Shown here: piece after piece, positions 19,038-28,242 of the stretch
How the letters are laid out: each line of letters starts with the position of its first letter
Position numbering within the stretch: position 1 is the stretch's first letter
Assembly (NCBI GenBank): GCA_963662435.1
Contig: OY759598.1
Coordinates: forward strand, 2,016,507-2,080,506
Direction: 5' to 3'
Length of the DNA: 64,000 nucleotides
Source: Dehalococcoidia bacterium
GTDB taxonomy: Bacteria > Chloroflexota > Dehalococcoidia > Lucifugimonadales > VXLM01
Position numbers and translations under genes: made by a program
The notes under the pieces: generated by a model
What the model was told of the DNA's origin: nothing
Database searches by the model: none
Seen by the model: only the letters and a program-made list of their open reading frames with translations

Positions 19038-19799
19038 CTACCGGCTCGCGCCGTCGGCGACGCGACCGTACTTCCTGCGACGCCGGCCATAGGCAGCCAC
19101 GGCCTTTTCGACCTCGGATTCATCGAACTCAGGCCAGAACACGTCGGTCGAATAGTACTCCGCGTAGGCAGCCTGCCACAGCAGGAAGTTGCTGATCCGC
19201 ATCTCACCGGCAGTCCTGATTATCAGGTCGGGGTCCGGCATCCCGGAGGTGTAGAGGTAGCCGCTTACCAACACTTCATCAATCGCTGAAGGGTGGATCC
19301 CGTCTGCGACGATGGACCTGATTGCATGCGTTAGCTCTGAGCGGCCGCCGTAGTCGTATGCCAGGGCAACGGTGAACTTGGTATTGTCCTTCGTCATCTC
19401 GATGGCGTCGGCGATGGCACTCTGCACCTCGTTCGGTAGACGGTCGAGGCGTCCGATGTGGACTAACCGAATACCCTCGGCATGGAGTTCACCGGTCTCC
19501 TTGCGAATCATGTCCTCAAGGATTTCGATCAACGCCTTGACCTCTTCGGCGGGACGTTCCCAGTTTTCGGTCGAAAAGGCGTATAGCGTCAGGTATTCAA
19601 CGCCGTGGGAGGCGAAGGCATGAATGATGCGTCGTATATTCTGAGTGCCGGCGCGGTGGCCATCAGTGCGGGTGAGGCCACGTTCCTCTGCCCATCGGCC
19701 GTTGCCGTCCATAATTATAGCAACGTGAGAGGGGATCTCTGACACGGCAGGAGCATTGCGCGCTGTCTCCACGCGATTGGCGTTGGAAGTCAAGCTCAT
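19038..19799 (-). CDS. uppS: Polyprenyl diphosphate synthase
   Basis: HVAIIMDGNGRWA, YAFSTENW.RP, YGGRSE, PDLIIRTAGEMRISNFLLWQ. Confidence 0.96.
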   Translation of the reverse strand: MSLTSNANRVETARNAPAVSEIPSHVAIIMDGNGRWAEERGLTRTDGHRAGTQNIRRIIHAFASHGVEYLTLYAFSTENWERPAEEVKALIEILEDMIRKETGELHAEGIRLVHIGRLDRLPNEVQSAIADAIEMTKDNTKFTVALAYDYGGRSELTHAIRSIVADGIHPSAIDEVLVSGYLYTSGMPDPDLIIRTAGEMRISNFLLWQAAYAEYYSTDVFWPEFDESEVEKAVAAYGRRRRKYGRVADGASR

Positions 19800-20362
19800 C
19801 AGACTTCCATCACCTCGGCTTCCTTCTGGTTGGCGAGCGCCTGCATCTTCTCCGTGTGGCTGTTGGTGATTTGCTGGAGATCTTCTTGAGAACCGTGCAT
19901 TTCGTCCTTCGAAATGTCCTTGTTCTTCTCCATGGACCGAAGCGTCTCAAGCCCGTCGCGGCGTATGTTGCGCACGGCAACATTTCCCTCTTCCACACGC
20001 CTGCCAACCAGACGCACCAGGTCCCTGCGGCGTTCCTCGGTCAACGCGGGGATGACGATGCGGATGACGGTGCCGTCGCTGTTGGGGACGAGACCGAGGT
20101 CGGAGGTGAGGATGCTCCTCTCTATGTTGCCAATGGATTGCTTGTCCCACGGCTGGATGACCAGGAGGCGCGGCTCCGGAACTGAAATAGAGGAAATCTG
20201 GTTCAAGGGAGTCGACGCACCGTAGTAGTCGACCATGAGGGTCTCGACCAGGGCCGGATTCGCTCTACCCGTCCGGATGGTGTTCAGGTCCCGCACCAGA
20301 GAATCGACCGATCGGTCCATCCTCTCGTCGATTTCCAAAAGGACTTCGTCGACATCGGGCAT
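19799..20362 (-). CDS. frr: Ribosome recycling factor
   Basis: IRTGRANP, VDYYG..TPLNQ, IQPWD, P.LTEERR, VRNIRRD. Confidence 0.97.
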   Translation of the reverse strand: MPDVDEVLLEIDERMDRSVDSLVRDLNTIRTGRANPALVETLMVDYYGASTPLNQISSISVPEPRLLVIQPWDKQSIGNIERSILTSDLGLVPNSDGTVIRIVIPALTEERRRDLVRLVGRRVEEGNVAVRNIRRDGLETLRSMEKNKDISKDEMHGSQEDLQQITNSHTEKMQALANQKEAEVMEV

Positions 20363-20463
20363 GGCTGCTACCTCCTGTCTCGACCCGGCACGGGCTGCTT
20401 CCGGCTGACGAATGAGACTGGGGCTATTGTAGCAAAGGGGAGTTACGCCGTCAGCAGAGTTGC

Positions 20464-21210
20464 TCAGGCGGACGAGCGAACGAGAGAACCTACCGATTCG
20501 TGCTGCACTATGCGCCGGAGGCTGCCCACATCGAATATATCGAATACCAGGATTGGGACGTCGTTGTCCATGCAGAGAGTGAGTGCTGTACTGTCCATTA
20601 CCTCCAGGCGCCGCTCGATGGCTTCTTGATAGGTGAGGGAGTCGAACTTGGTGGCGTCGGGATGGAGCCGGGGATCGGCGGTGTAAACGCCATCGACCTC
20701 GTGCTTCGCCATAAGGAGGATGGAAGCATTGATCTCGACCGCGCGGAGTGCAGCGGCTGAGTCGGTGGTCATGTAGGGGTTGCCGGTGCCGGCGGCGAAG
20801 ATGACAACGCGACCCTTTTCAAGGTGTCGGATGGCGCGTCGCCGGATGAACGGCTCGGCGACCTCTTGCACATTTATGGCGGACTGGGTGCGCGTATCGA
20901 TGCCGTGGAGGCGTTCGAGCGCGTCCTGCAGGGCGAGGGAGTTTATGAGCGTCGCGAGCATACCGGCGTTGTCGGCCATCGGACGGTCCATTCCCTGTTT
21001 TTCGGCCTCGGCACCCCGCCAGATGTTCCCGCCGCCTACGACGACGCCGACTTCTACGCCGAGGTCATGGATGGCCCTGATCTCGCCGGCTATATATGCG
21101 ACAGCTGCCGGATCAATGCCATAGCGATGCTCGCCCTTGAACGACTCGCCGCTCAGTTTCAGGAGCACTCTATGGTACTGAGGACTATCCAACACCCAGC
21201 TATTCTCCAA
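20464..21210 (-). CDS. pyrH: UMP kinase (true start possibly a few codons later)
   Basis: [44 protein letters not shown]. Confidence 0.97.
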   Translation of the reverse strand: MENSWVLDSPQYHRVLLKLSGESFKGEHRYGIDPAAVAYIAGEIRAIHDLGVEVGVVVGGGNIWRGAEAEKQGMDRPMADNAGMLATLINSLALQDALERLHGIDTRTQSAINVQEVAEPFIRRRAIRHLEKGRVVIFAAGTGNPYMTTDSAAALRAVEINASILLMAKHEVDGVYTADPRLHPDATKFDSLTYQEAIERRLEVMDSTALTLCMDNDVPILVFDIFDVGSLRRIVQHESVGSLVRSSA

Positions 21211-21703
21211 GTGAGTAGCGCGAGAACCTGCGAATGCGGATATTCTCGCCGAGCTTGCCGACTAACTCCCGTATCATTTCGTCGATGGTCATCGAGGGGT
21301 CCTTGATGAAGGGCTGCTGGAGCAGGCAGGCTTCCTGAGGATCCACGTCCTCTCCCTCCGGGATATCGGACTCGTTGATATACTTCGGATTCATCGCGGC
21401 GACCTGCATAGCGATGTCGTGGGCGAGCGCCTTGAAGTCCTCGGTCCGGGCGACGAAATCGGTCTCGCAGTTGGCCTCAACCATCGCACCGATCCGACCG
21501 CCGCTGTGGATGTAGGATTCGACCAAGCCCTGGTCGGTCTCGCGATCGGACTTCTTGGCCGCGGAGGCGATTCCCTTTTCACGGAGAATGTCCTGTGCCT
21601 TATCCATATCGCCTTCGGCCTCTTCGAGCGCCCGTTTGCTGTCCATGATCCCCGCACCGGTCAAATCGCGCAGGGCCTTGATGTCCGCCGTTGTGATCGC
21701 CAC
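21200..21703 (-). CDS. tsf: Elongation factor Ts (short form)
   Basis: [43 protein letters not shown]. Confidence 0.96.
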   Translation of the reverse strand: MAITTADIKALRDLTGAGIMDSKRALEEAEGDMDKAQDILREKGIASAAKKSDRETDQGLVESYIHSGGRIGAMVEANCETDFVARTEDFKALAHDIAMQVAAMNPKYINESDIPEGEDVDPQEACLLQQPFIKDPSMTIDEMIRELVGKLGENIRIRRFSRYSLGE

Positions 21704-21749
21704 GTCGCCTCCTCGATGCTAAAGCTCGACCTGAGCAGTATTCCCACAC

Positions 21750-21775
21750 AAAAAGCTGGCCCCGAAGGGCCAGTT
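21750..21775 (-). terminator. Intrinsic terminator/attenuator between rpsB and tsf
   Basis: Minus strand AACTGGCCC-TTCG-GGGCCAGC-TTTTT. Confidence 0.75.
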
Positions 21776-21833
21776 CTCGAAAACTATTTCACCATCCACT
21801 GAGAGTGAATGCCAGTATTTCGGCCGGCGGACA

Positions 21834-22676
21834 TCAGCCCTCCGGCGCCACCGACACCACTTTTTCAACGTCCTGGACTCCCTCTAGTGCCGCCTCGGGC
21901 CCTACTGCAAGCGGCTCAAGGGGTTCGTTATTCAACCCACCGTCGTCGTTAAGCCTACGGTTCGTTCCTTCAATGTAGGCATCTGCTATATGCGACGTAA
22001 CGAGCCGGATGGAGCGGATCGCGTCGTCGTTGCCGGGGATGGGGTAGTCGATCTCAACAGGGTCGCAGTCGGTATCTACGAGCGCGACTACAGGAACACC
22101 CACTCTTTTTGCCTCACTCACGGAGATGCCCTCTTTCCCCACGTCGACTACGAAGAGAGCGCCGGGCATCTCAGTCATTTCCTTGATGCCGCCGAGGTAG
22201 CGATTCAGCCGGGTGATCTGGTCGTTTAGCTTGAGTGCCTCTTTCTTGGGCAGGGAGAACAGTTCGCCCTTCGCTTTGCGCTGCTCAAGCTCGACAAGAT
22301 AGTCAATGCGCTTTTGGATGGTCGTGAAGTTTGTCAGGGTCCCGCCCAGCCAACGAGTATTTATGTAGTAGGCCCCACAACGCTGGGCCTCGCTCACGAT
22401 GGTGTCCTGGGCCTGCTTCTTGGTCCCTACGAAGATTATCTTCTTACCCTGCGCTGCGACATCCTCGACGAAGGCGGCCGCCCTCTCCAGGAATTGGAGG
22501 GTCTGCTGAAGGTCAATGATGTGGATTCCATTGCGGTGGGCGAAGATGTATTGGCGCATCTTCGGGTTCCAGCGCCTCTTTTGATGTCCGAAGTGGACAC
22601 CCGCCTCCAGCAATGACTTCATCGTAACTGCGGGTCTAGCGTCCCGCTCAATCGCTTCTTCTAGCTGTTCGACCAT
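21834..22676 (-). CDS. rpsB: 30S ribosomal protein S2
   Basis: [42 protein letters not shown]. Confidence 0.98.
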   Translation of the reverse strand: MVEQLEEAIERDARPAVTMKSLLEAGVHFGHQKRRWNPKMRQYIFAHRNGIHIIDLQQTLQFLERAAAFVEDVAAQGKKIIFVGTKKQAQDTIVSEAQRCGAYYINTRWLGGTLTNFTTIQKRIDYLVELEQRKAKGELFSLPKKEALKLNDQITRLNRYLGGIKEMTEMPGALFVVDVGKEGISVSEAKRVGVPVVALVDTDCDPVEIDYPIPGNDDAIRSIRLVTSHIADAYIEGTNRRLNDDGGLNNEPLEPLAVGPEAALEGVQDVEKVVSVAPEG

Positions 22677-22729
22677 GTACTCTCCCTACTTTCGGTGCCC
22701 CTGCGGCACACCCGCACAAGTATAACACA
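22677..22729 (-). promoter_or_regulatory. Extended -10 promoter and short structured rpsB leader
   Basis: Minus strand TGTGTTATACT (22729-22719), then GGTGTGCC-GCAG-GGGCACC hairpin and GGGAGAG SD. Confidence 0.6.
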
Positions 22730-22881
22730 TCAGAATTTTCAACGGGAATAATCGCATAGGTAGGATCCGTGCATTATCTGCCCCTATGCTGTTCAAGCAA
22801 GATCGTACGCCCTCATGCTCTGAAAAGTGGTATCCTACTGAGGCATCGTACCTTTTGTCTCCCATTTAACGAACAGCCCCT

Positions 22882-23442
22882 TTGATCGACCAAGAACAGA
22901 TCCGCGGAGCGGTGTTCTCCATACTGGACGCCGTCGGCGAAGACCCGGAACGTGAGGGGTTGGCCCATACTCCCCGACGCGTGGCGGAGTTGTACGCCGA
23001 CCTGTTTTCAGGGCTCGAACGCGACCCTTCGGAAGTCCTCGAAACGACTTTTGACGGGACAGACGCCGGGCTCGTCGCGTTTGCTAATCTGCCATTCTTC
23101 TCTACGTGCGAGCACCATTTGCTGCCCTTCATAGGCACTGCATCGGTAGGATACTTGCCGGACGGTCGTGTCGTAGGGGCGAGCAAGGTTGGTCGAGCGC
23201 TCGATATCCTGGCTCGGCGGCCTCAAATGCAGGAGAGGCTTACTGTCCAGCTTGCAGACGCACTCGTCGGCGTCGTTCGCCCAAAAGGGGTCGGAGTAGT
23301 CCTGGAAGCCGAGCACCTCTGCATGTCCCTGCGAGGCGTGAAGAAGCCGGGTACCAAGATGATCACCTCGGCCCTTCGAGGCGCGTTCGAGAACGACCTC
23401 AGTCTCCGTGAGGAATTCCGGACGATGACGAGGAGCGACTAG
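22882..23442 (+). CDS. folE: GTP cyclohydrolase I
   Basis: GEDPEREGL..TP.RVA, STCEHHLLPF.G, RRPQMQERLT, AEHLCMSLRGV. Confidence 0.95.
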   Translation: MIDQEQIRGAVFSILDAVGEDPEREGLAHTPRRVAELYADLFSGLERDPSEVLETTFDGTDAGLVAFANLPFFSTCEHHLLPFIGTASVGYLPDGRVVGASKVGRALDILARRPQMQERLTVQLADALVGVVRPKGVGVVLEAEHLCMSLRGVKKPGTKMITSALRGAFENDLSLREEFRTMTRSD

Positions 23443-23443
23443 C

Positions 23444-24421
23444 GTGGCCGTTACCGTCGACACTGTACCGCGAGAGGAAATCGAAGGCGATTGGGGAGAC
23501 CTGCTCCCTTCGTGTTGGACCAATACGGTCTTCCTAACCCCGTGGTGGCAATCGACCTGGCTGAAGCACTTCGGCGACGCATCCAAGGCCCGATTCATCC
23601 GTGTGAGGGGTGACAACGGAGAACTCTCGGGGATCGCTCCCATGGAAGTTACCGACGGAGCGGTCACCTTTGTGGGCGACACCGACCTCTTCGACTATCG
23701 GGACTTTCTTGTGTCCAGGGGAGCGGAGGACACTTTCTATGCTTCGGTGTTCGACGAGATCGACACGTGGGAGTGGGGTACCCTGGACCTCGAGTCCGTA
23801 CCGGAAGGCTCGCCAACCATGGAGAGCGCTGCCGCTGCCGCGAAGAGCAGGTCGTGGCACATTTCCATAGAATTGGAAGATAAGGCGCCGGTCAAGAGTC
23901 TTCCCAGTCAATGGGATGACTACGTGATGGGACTGGGCAAGAAGTACCGACATGAGTTGCGGCGGAAAATTCGCAAGCTCGGCAATGCCGGGGATGTCGT
24001 TCAGTACGACTGCACGCCGGATACGCTTTCCGGTTGCCTTCCCGACTTCTTCCGGCTGCATCGCATGAGCAGTCCGGATAAGGCCGAATTCATGACCGAT
24101 GCCCGAGAACGGTTCTTTACCGAGATCGCAGAGGAGGCGGCGGCCCGTGGAAGCCTTAAGCTCTCGATGCTTGAGCTGGATGGCGTGAGGGTTGCGGCCT
24201 GCATCAATTTCGACTATGAAGACTCCTATCTCCTCTATAACAGCGGGTACGATCCTGTGTATTCTCAGCTGAGCGTCGGATTCGTAAACAAGGCGTGGAC
24301 GATCAAGGACGCAATCGAGTCCGGAAAACGGTCCTACGATTTTCTGCGCGGCACGGAACGATACAAGTACGACCTTGGGGCCGAGGACAGGTTGATCTAC
24401 ACGATTCGGATTCGCAGGTAG
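23444..24421 (+). CDS. GNAT acyltransferase, CelD/BcsL-like
   Basis: VFLTPWWQ.TW, DYRDFL, RHELRRK.RKL, YNSGYDP, YDFLRGTERYKYDLG. Confidence 0.85.
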   Translation: MAVTVDTVPREEIEGDWGDLLPSCWTNTVFLTPWWQSTWLKHFGDASKARFIRVRGDNGELSGIAPMEVTDGAVTFVGDTDLFDYRDFLVSRGAEDTFYASVFDEIDTWEWGTLDLESVPEGSPTMESAAAAAKSRSWHISIELEDKAPVKSLPSQWDDYVMGLGKKYRHELRRKIRKLGNAGDVVQYDCTPDTLSGCLPDFFRLHRMSSPDKAEFMTDARERFFTEIAEEAAARGSLKLSMLELDGVRVAACINFDYEDSYLLYNSGYDPVYSQLSVGFVNKAWTIKDAIESGKRSYDFLRGTERYKYDLGAEDRLIYTIRIRR

Positions 24422-24438
24422 GCAGGGACGGCAGACCA

Positions 24439-25665
24439 ATGCGAAACATCGCGATGCTGACAATGCACAGTTGCCCGGCCGGGAAGCTCGGGGCGCGGGA
24501 CGTGGGCGGAATGAACGTTTACGTCACGTACCTGGCGCGCGAATTGGCGAAGGCAGGGTGCAGGGTCGACATCTACACTCGCAACAACGCTGTACACGGC
24601 GAGAAGGTCGTGAACATAACTCCATTCGTGCGCGTCATCCACGTGAAAGCGGGTCCGGTAGATGAACCCAAGCAGGGTCTTCAGGAGCACGTGCCGTCGT
24701 TCGTGGATGGCGTCGAGGCGTTCCGAAGCGAGCACCGCCTTACTTATGAGCTTGTTCACTCACACTACTGGCTCTCAGGTGTCGCGGGCAACGAACTCTC
24801 GACGATGTGGCAGGTCCCTCACGTCACGATGTTCCACACGACGGCATTGACCAAGATGCTGGCGCGGATCGGCGAGCAGGAACCGCAAGGTCGGATAGAG
24901 GCCGAACGCGCTGTCATCGCAGACGCCAACGCGATCATCGTGTCGACAGAGCAGGAGCGTGCCGACATATCCCGTCTCTACGAAGCGGGGACCGCCAAGA
25001 TCAACGTCCTGCCGGCAGGTGTCGACTTGGAGATGTTTAGTCCGAGCGAAAAATCTGAGGCAAGGCGATCACTCGGACTGCCGGACCGCAATATAGTCCT
25101 CTCGGTTGGAAGAGTTGAGCCACTCAAGGGGTTCGACATTCTACTCATGGCCATGGCGACTCTCGATGAGCAGGCCGACAATACGGTGGTAATCGTCGGA
25201 GGAGACGAAGAGGACAGTCCCGAGCTAGACAGGCTCCGAGACTTGTCGCGGTCGCTGGGGCTCGAAGACAGGATCATCTTCACCGGCGCAGTTTCCCAGG
25301 AGCAACTGAGCGTTTACTACAACGCCGCCGATGTGTACGTGATGCCCTCTTACTATGAGAGCTTCGGGCTCGTGGCCCTTGAAGCGATGGCGTGCGGAGT
25401 TCCCGTAATCGCCTCCCGCGTAAGCGGGCCTCGCAGCTTCGTTCTACCGGGAGAAACGGGCTATCTGATCGACAGAAGGTGTCCGGAACCCTTCGCTCAG
25501 AAGATCGATACCCTGCTCCACAATCCCATACTTCGGGAGAGCATGGGGCGCGCCGCCCGGTCTCACGCCGAAACATTGGGTTGGGACATGGTGGGAAGCC
25601 GGACGCTTGACGTATACGACTCCGTCATCCTTGGGCCCCACTCATCGTCGATAGCGGCAGGCTAA
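24439..25665 (+). CDS. GT4 glycosyltransferase, MshA-like
   Basis: HSCP...G.RDVGGMNVYV, HSHYWLSG, MFHT, VGRVEPLKG, PSYYESFGLVALEAMACG. Confidence 0.85.
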   Translation: MRNIAMLTMHSCPAGKLGARDVGGMNVYVTYLARELAKAGCRVDIYTRNNAVHGEKVVNITPFVRVIHVKAGPVDEPKQGLQEHVPSFVDGVEAFRSEHRLTYELVHSHYWLSGVAGNELSTMWQVPHVTMFHTTALTKMLARIGEQEPQGRIEAERAVIADANAIIVSTEQERADISRLYEAGTAKINVLPAGVDLEMFSPSEKSEARRSLGLPDRNIVLSVGRVEPLKGFDILLMAMATLDEQADNTVVIVGGDEEDSPELDRLRDLSRSLGLEDRIIFTGAVSQEQLSVYYNAADVYVMPSYYESFGLVALEAMACGVPVIASRVSGPRSFVLPGETGYLIDRRCPEPFAQKIDTLLHNPILRESMGRAARSHAETLGWDMVGSRTLDVYDSVILGPHSSSIAAG

Positions 25666-26582
25666 TCGCTCACTGGAAACTCGTACCACACGGATTCCGA
25701 GACTCTCTCGAACCCCAGCGACTCATAGACTCTCGCCGCCGACAGGTTTGACGAGTCCATCTCCAACTCGACAGTCTCGACGCCCTGAGACCTGAGCCAA
25801 TTCATGCCTGCGAGTACCGTGGGCCGGCTCAGTCCTCTTCCCTGGTAAAAGGGGTGCACACCTGTCATGGCTATGCGTCCAAGCTTTCCCCTAGGTCCCG
25901 CAGGGCGAACCGTCCAGTTATAGGCCACTACGCTTTCATTGTGCGTAACGAAAATGATGCCCTCAGGGGTCGTGGACCTGGCGGCAACCCTTGCTTCGAT
26001 CTGCTCCTCCGAGTTGGGCGAGAAGCCCCATGAATCTCCAAAGGCCGCATTCTGAATGTCGGCGAGGGTCCGTACGTCGCATCCAAGACGGAATGACCTC
26101 AGACTAAAACCGTTGGGCAGCTCTGTCTCGCCTAGAATTCTGCCTCGCCATCGCATCGTCGCGTACCGGCGCACCAGTTGGAAGCCGAATTCCTGGAGCA
26201 GGCGTATCTTGGATTCGTCCTTTGACTGGACCTGAGTGTGGAGCTTCGACACCTCCAATTGTCGCGCTCGGGCAATTGCCGCCTCGATGAGCGCCAACTC
26301 CGCCGCTTGCGCCGAATTGGCGTCTAGTACGCCCAGTTCCATTACCGCTCGGCGGATTGGGAGTTCCAGCCACACTATCGCCAAACCGATATCGACGCCT
26401 GAATCCTGGGCAATGAAACAGTCCCGCTCCGGGTCCAGTCCCGGCATAGAGAGCAGATTTTTCATCGACGGACCGTCGAGTTCCTCTTCGGCGCCGGTAA
26501 TGCCAAACGCTTCGTTGTACAGCCTCGTCCAGCATTCGAGGTCGTCCCACGAGAATGGGCGCGCGGCAATTGAGGAAGTCAA
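25662..26582 (-). CDS. Tandem-GNAT acetyltransferase, MshD-like
   Basis: 306 aa with two GNAT folds; QNAAF, GVHP.YQGRGL, LEMDSSN..A.RVYESLGF. Confidence 0.75.
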   Translation of the reverse strand: MTSSIAARPFSWDDLECWTRLYNEAFGITGAEEELDGPSMKNLLSMPGLDPERDCFIAQDSGVDIGLAIVWLELPIRRAVMELGVLDANSAQAAELALIEAAIARARQLEVSKLHTQVQSKDESKIRLLQEFGFQLVRRYATMRWRGRILGETELPNGFSLRSFRLGCDVRTLADIQNAAFGDSWGFSPNSEEQIEARVAARSTTPEGIIFVTHNESVVAYNWTVRPAGPRGKLGRIAMTGVHPFYQGRGLSRPTVLAGMNWLRSQGVETVELEMDSSNLSAARVYESLGFERVSESVWYEFPVSD

Positions 26583-26656
26583 GCGTGGACTCCGAAAAGG
26601 GATGGAAACATGGTACTAGGGGGAGGAAGGAGCGTAAACGAAAGGGCTATGAATGC

Positions 26657-27064
26657 CTACTCGTCGTAGTTCCAGGCGATGATCTTGGTGGGCGTGATGG
26701 TGATGACGACGAAGTTCGACTCAGGCAGGGTGGCCTTGGCGTAGGCGCGACCTTCTTCCTCGCCCAGGTAGTTGGTAGCCATCGCCTCGACGTACTCGGG
26801 GATGTTCTCGTACGAGAGGGAGGCGACTCCATTGACTATGGCCGCCCTGTACGGGCTTGAGTGCGTCGCGATGCTAGCGGCAACACGCGGATCGTGACGG
26901 ATATTCCTCACCTTGACGGCGGAGTCATCGGCCAGGACAATGAGGTCTTCGCCGTCATAGTGGTGCCAAACCGGCGCCACGTGAGGGGAGCCGTCGGGCC
27001 TCACGGTGGCAAGGTCGCAAATGTGCGGCTCTCGTAGATATGCGTCGATCTGTTCGGGGGTCAT
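26657..27064 (-). CDS. PPOX-class, probably F420-dependent oxidoreductase
   Basis: LATVRPDGSPHVAPVW, KVRNIRHDPRVA. Confidence 0.88.
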   Translation of the reverse strand: MTPEQIDAYLREPHICDLATVRPDGSPHVAPVWHHYDGEDLIVLADDSAVKVRNIRHDPRVAASIATHSSPYRAAIVNGVASLSYENIPEYVEAMATNYLGEEEGRAYAKATLPESNFVVITITPTKIIAWNYDE

Positions 27065-27067
27065 GGG

Positions 27068-27769
27068 TTACTCCACGGGTGAAGGGATTGGTGTAGGGAG
27101 CCTCTCTCGAACGACGTTCCAGATGTCTTCGCTGACTGCCTCCAACTGCCGGGCGGCGTCAATGACGCGCCAGCGTTCGGGTTCCTGATCGGCCAGTGCG
27201 AGGAACCCAAGGCGAATACGCTCGTGGAACTCGGCCGGTTCTTCTTCGAACTTCATTCCCTCGGAGTTTCGTTCGTTGCCTTGGATCGTCTTCATGGTAT
27301 CCAAAGGCATCTGTAGCTGAAGTCCTCGAACGCGGGAGATGCCCACATCCGGCGGGCAGTCCAGCAGGATGGTCAAGTCCGGCATGACTCCATGAGTGGC
27401 CAGGCCATTCATAGTCCTGACCGTCTCGATGTCGATGCCGCGCCCGTAGCCCTGATAGGCGACGGTCGAGTCGGCGTATCGGTCGGCGACGACGACGAGA
27501 TCAGGGTCGTCTCTCCGTGGACCGATGACCTTCGAGACAAGCTCTGAGCGTGCGGCTACAAAGAGGAACAGCTCCGCCGCGCGGGACATTGCCTGGTCCG
27601 TCGTGTGCGACCGTTTTATCAGTTTCCTGAGGTCGGTCCCGAGGTCGGTTGAGCCCGGTTCACGCACCCGCAGACAGCGCAGTCCCGCTGCCTCGATACG
27701 TTCGGTCAGCATGGCGACTTGAGTGGTCTTGCCGGCGCCCTCTCCGCCTTCAAGCGAGATAAACAACAA
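27068..27769 (-). CDS. tmk: Thymidylate kinase
   Basis: FISLEGGEGAGKTTQ, REPG, ELFLF.AAR, DRYADST.AYQGYGRG, PDLTILLD. Confidence 0.96.
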   Translation of the reverse strand: MLFISLEGGEGAGKTTQVAMLTERIEAAGLRCLRVREPGSTDLGTDLRKLIKRSHTTDQAMSRAAELFLFVAARSELVSKVIGPRRDDPDLVVVADRYADSTVAYQGYGRGIDIETVRTMNGLATHGVMPDLTILLDCPPDVGISRVRGLQLQMPLDTMKTIQGNERNSEGMKFEEEPAEFHERIRLGFLALADQEPERWRVIDAARQLEAVSEDIWNVVRERLPTPIPSPVE

Positions 27770-27910
27770 GGATCTTCACCAAAATGCGTTGCGTTAGTAG
27801 GCGCACATTCTACGTTTCGGTCGCGTCGCGTCGCAAGGCGGGAGAGGAGAGAGTAGCGAGTAGAAAGTACTGCGTAGGGGGGCGTAGCTGGTGGCATCAG
27901 GGGGTGAACT

Positions 27911-28014
27911 TTGAGGGACATTAGGGGACATTGTGTGACATTTCAGGTATAAGGCGGGGGACGGTCGCTCCGCAGGCATGGGACTATGATAGGTCATCTG
28001 TTCTTGTGCGTCAA
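27911..28014 (-). promoter_or_regulatory. Sigma70-type promoter with degenerate SOS-like box and triple 10-bp repeat
   Basis: Minus strand TTGACG (28014-09), 17 nt containing GAAC-AGAT-GACC, TATCAT (27991-86); downstream AATGTCACAC/AATGTCCCCT/AATGTCCCTC. Confidence 0.6.
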
Positions 28015-28242
28015 GTGCGGGTTGGGCGTGTGGGAAGGGTATGGCGCAGCCAGTCCCGTGCGAGTTACTTGGGGAATTTTGGCGTGATAAGGTAGCTACG
28101 CTTACGACGAAAGCCGTGTAGGGAGTTCTGCCCACGAGATGCGGCAAGACCCTCGGGGTGCGCCTCGCGCCCCCGAATGGCCCTATGTTGGGAAGGAAGC
28201 GGAGTTGGCAAACTCGCAACAATTCCATGAGGGTGCTTTTTC

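Noticed and set aside
21200..21703. Truncated tsf (and short thrS) as pseudogenes
   Set aside because: Short EF-Ts and TGS-less ThrS are known natural forms; motifs and termini are intact
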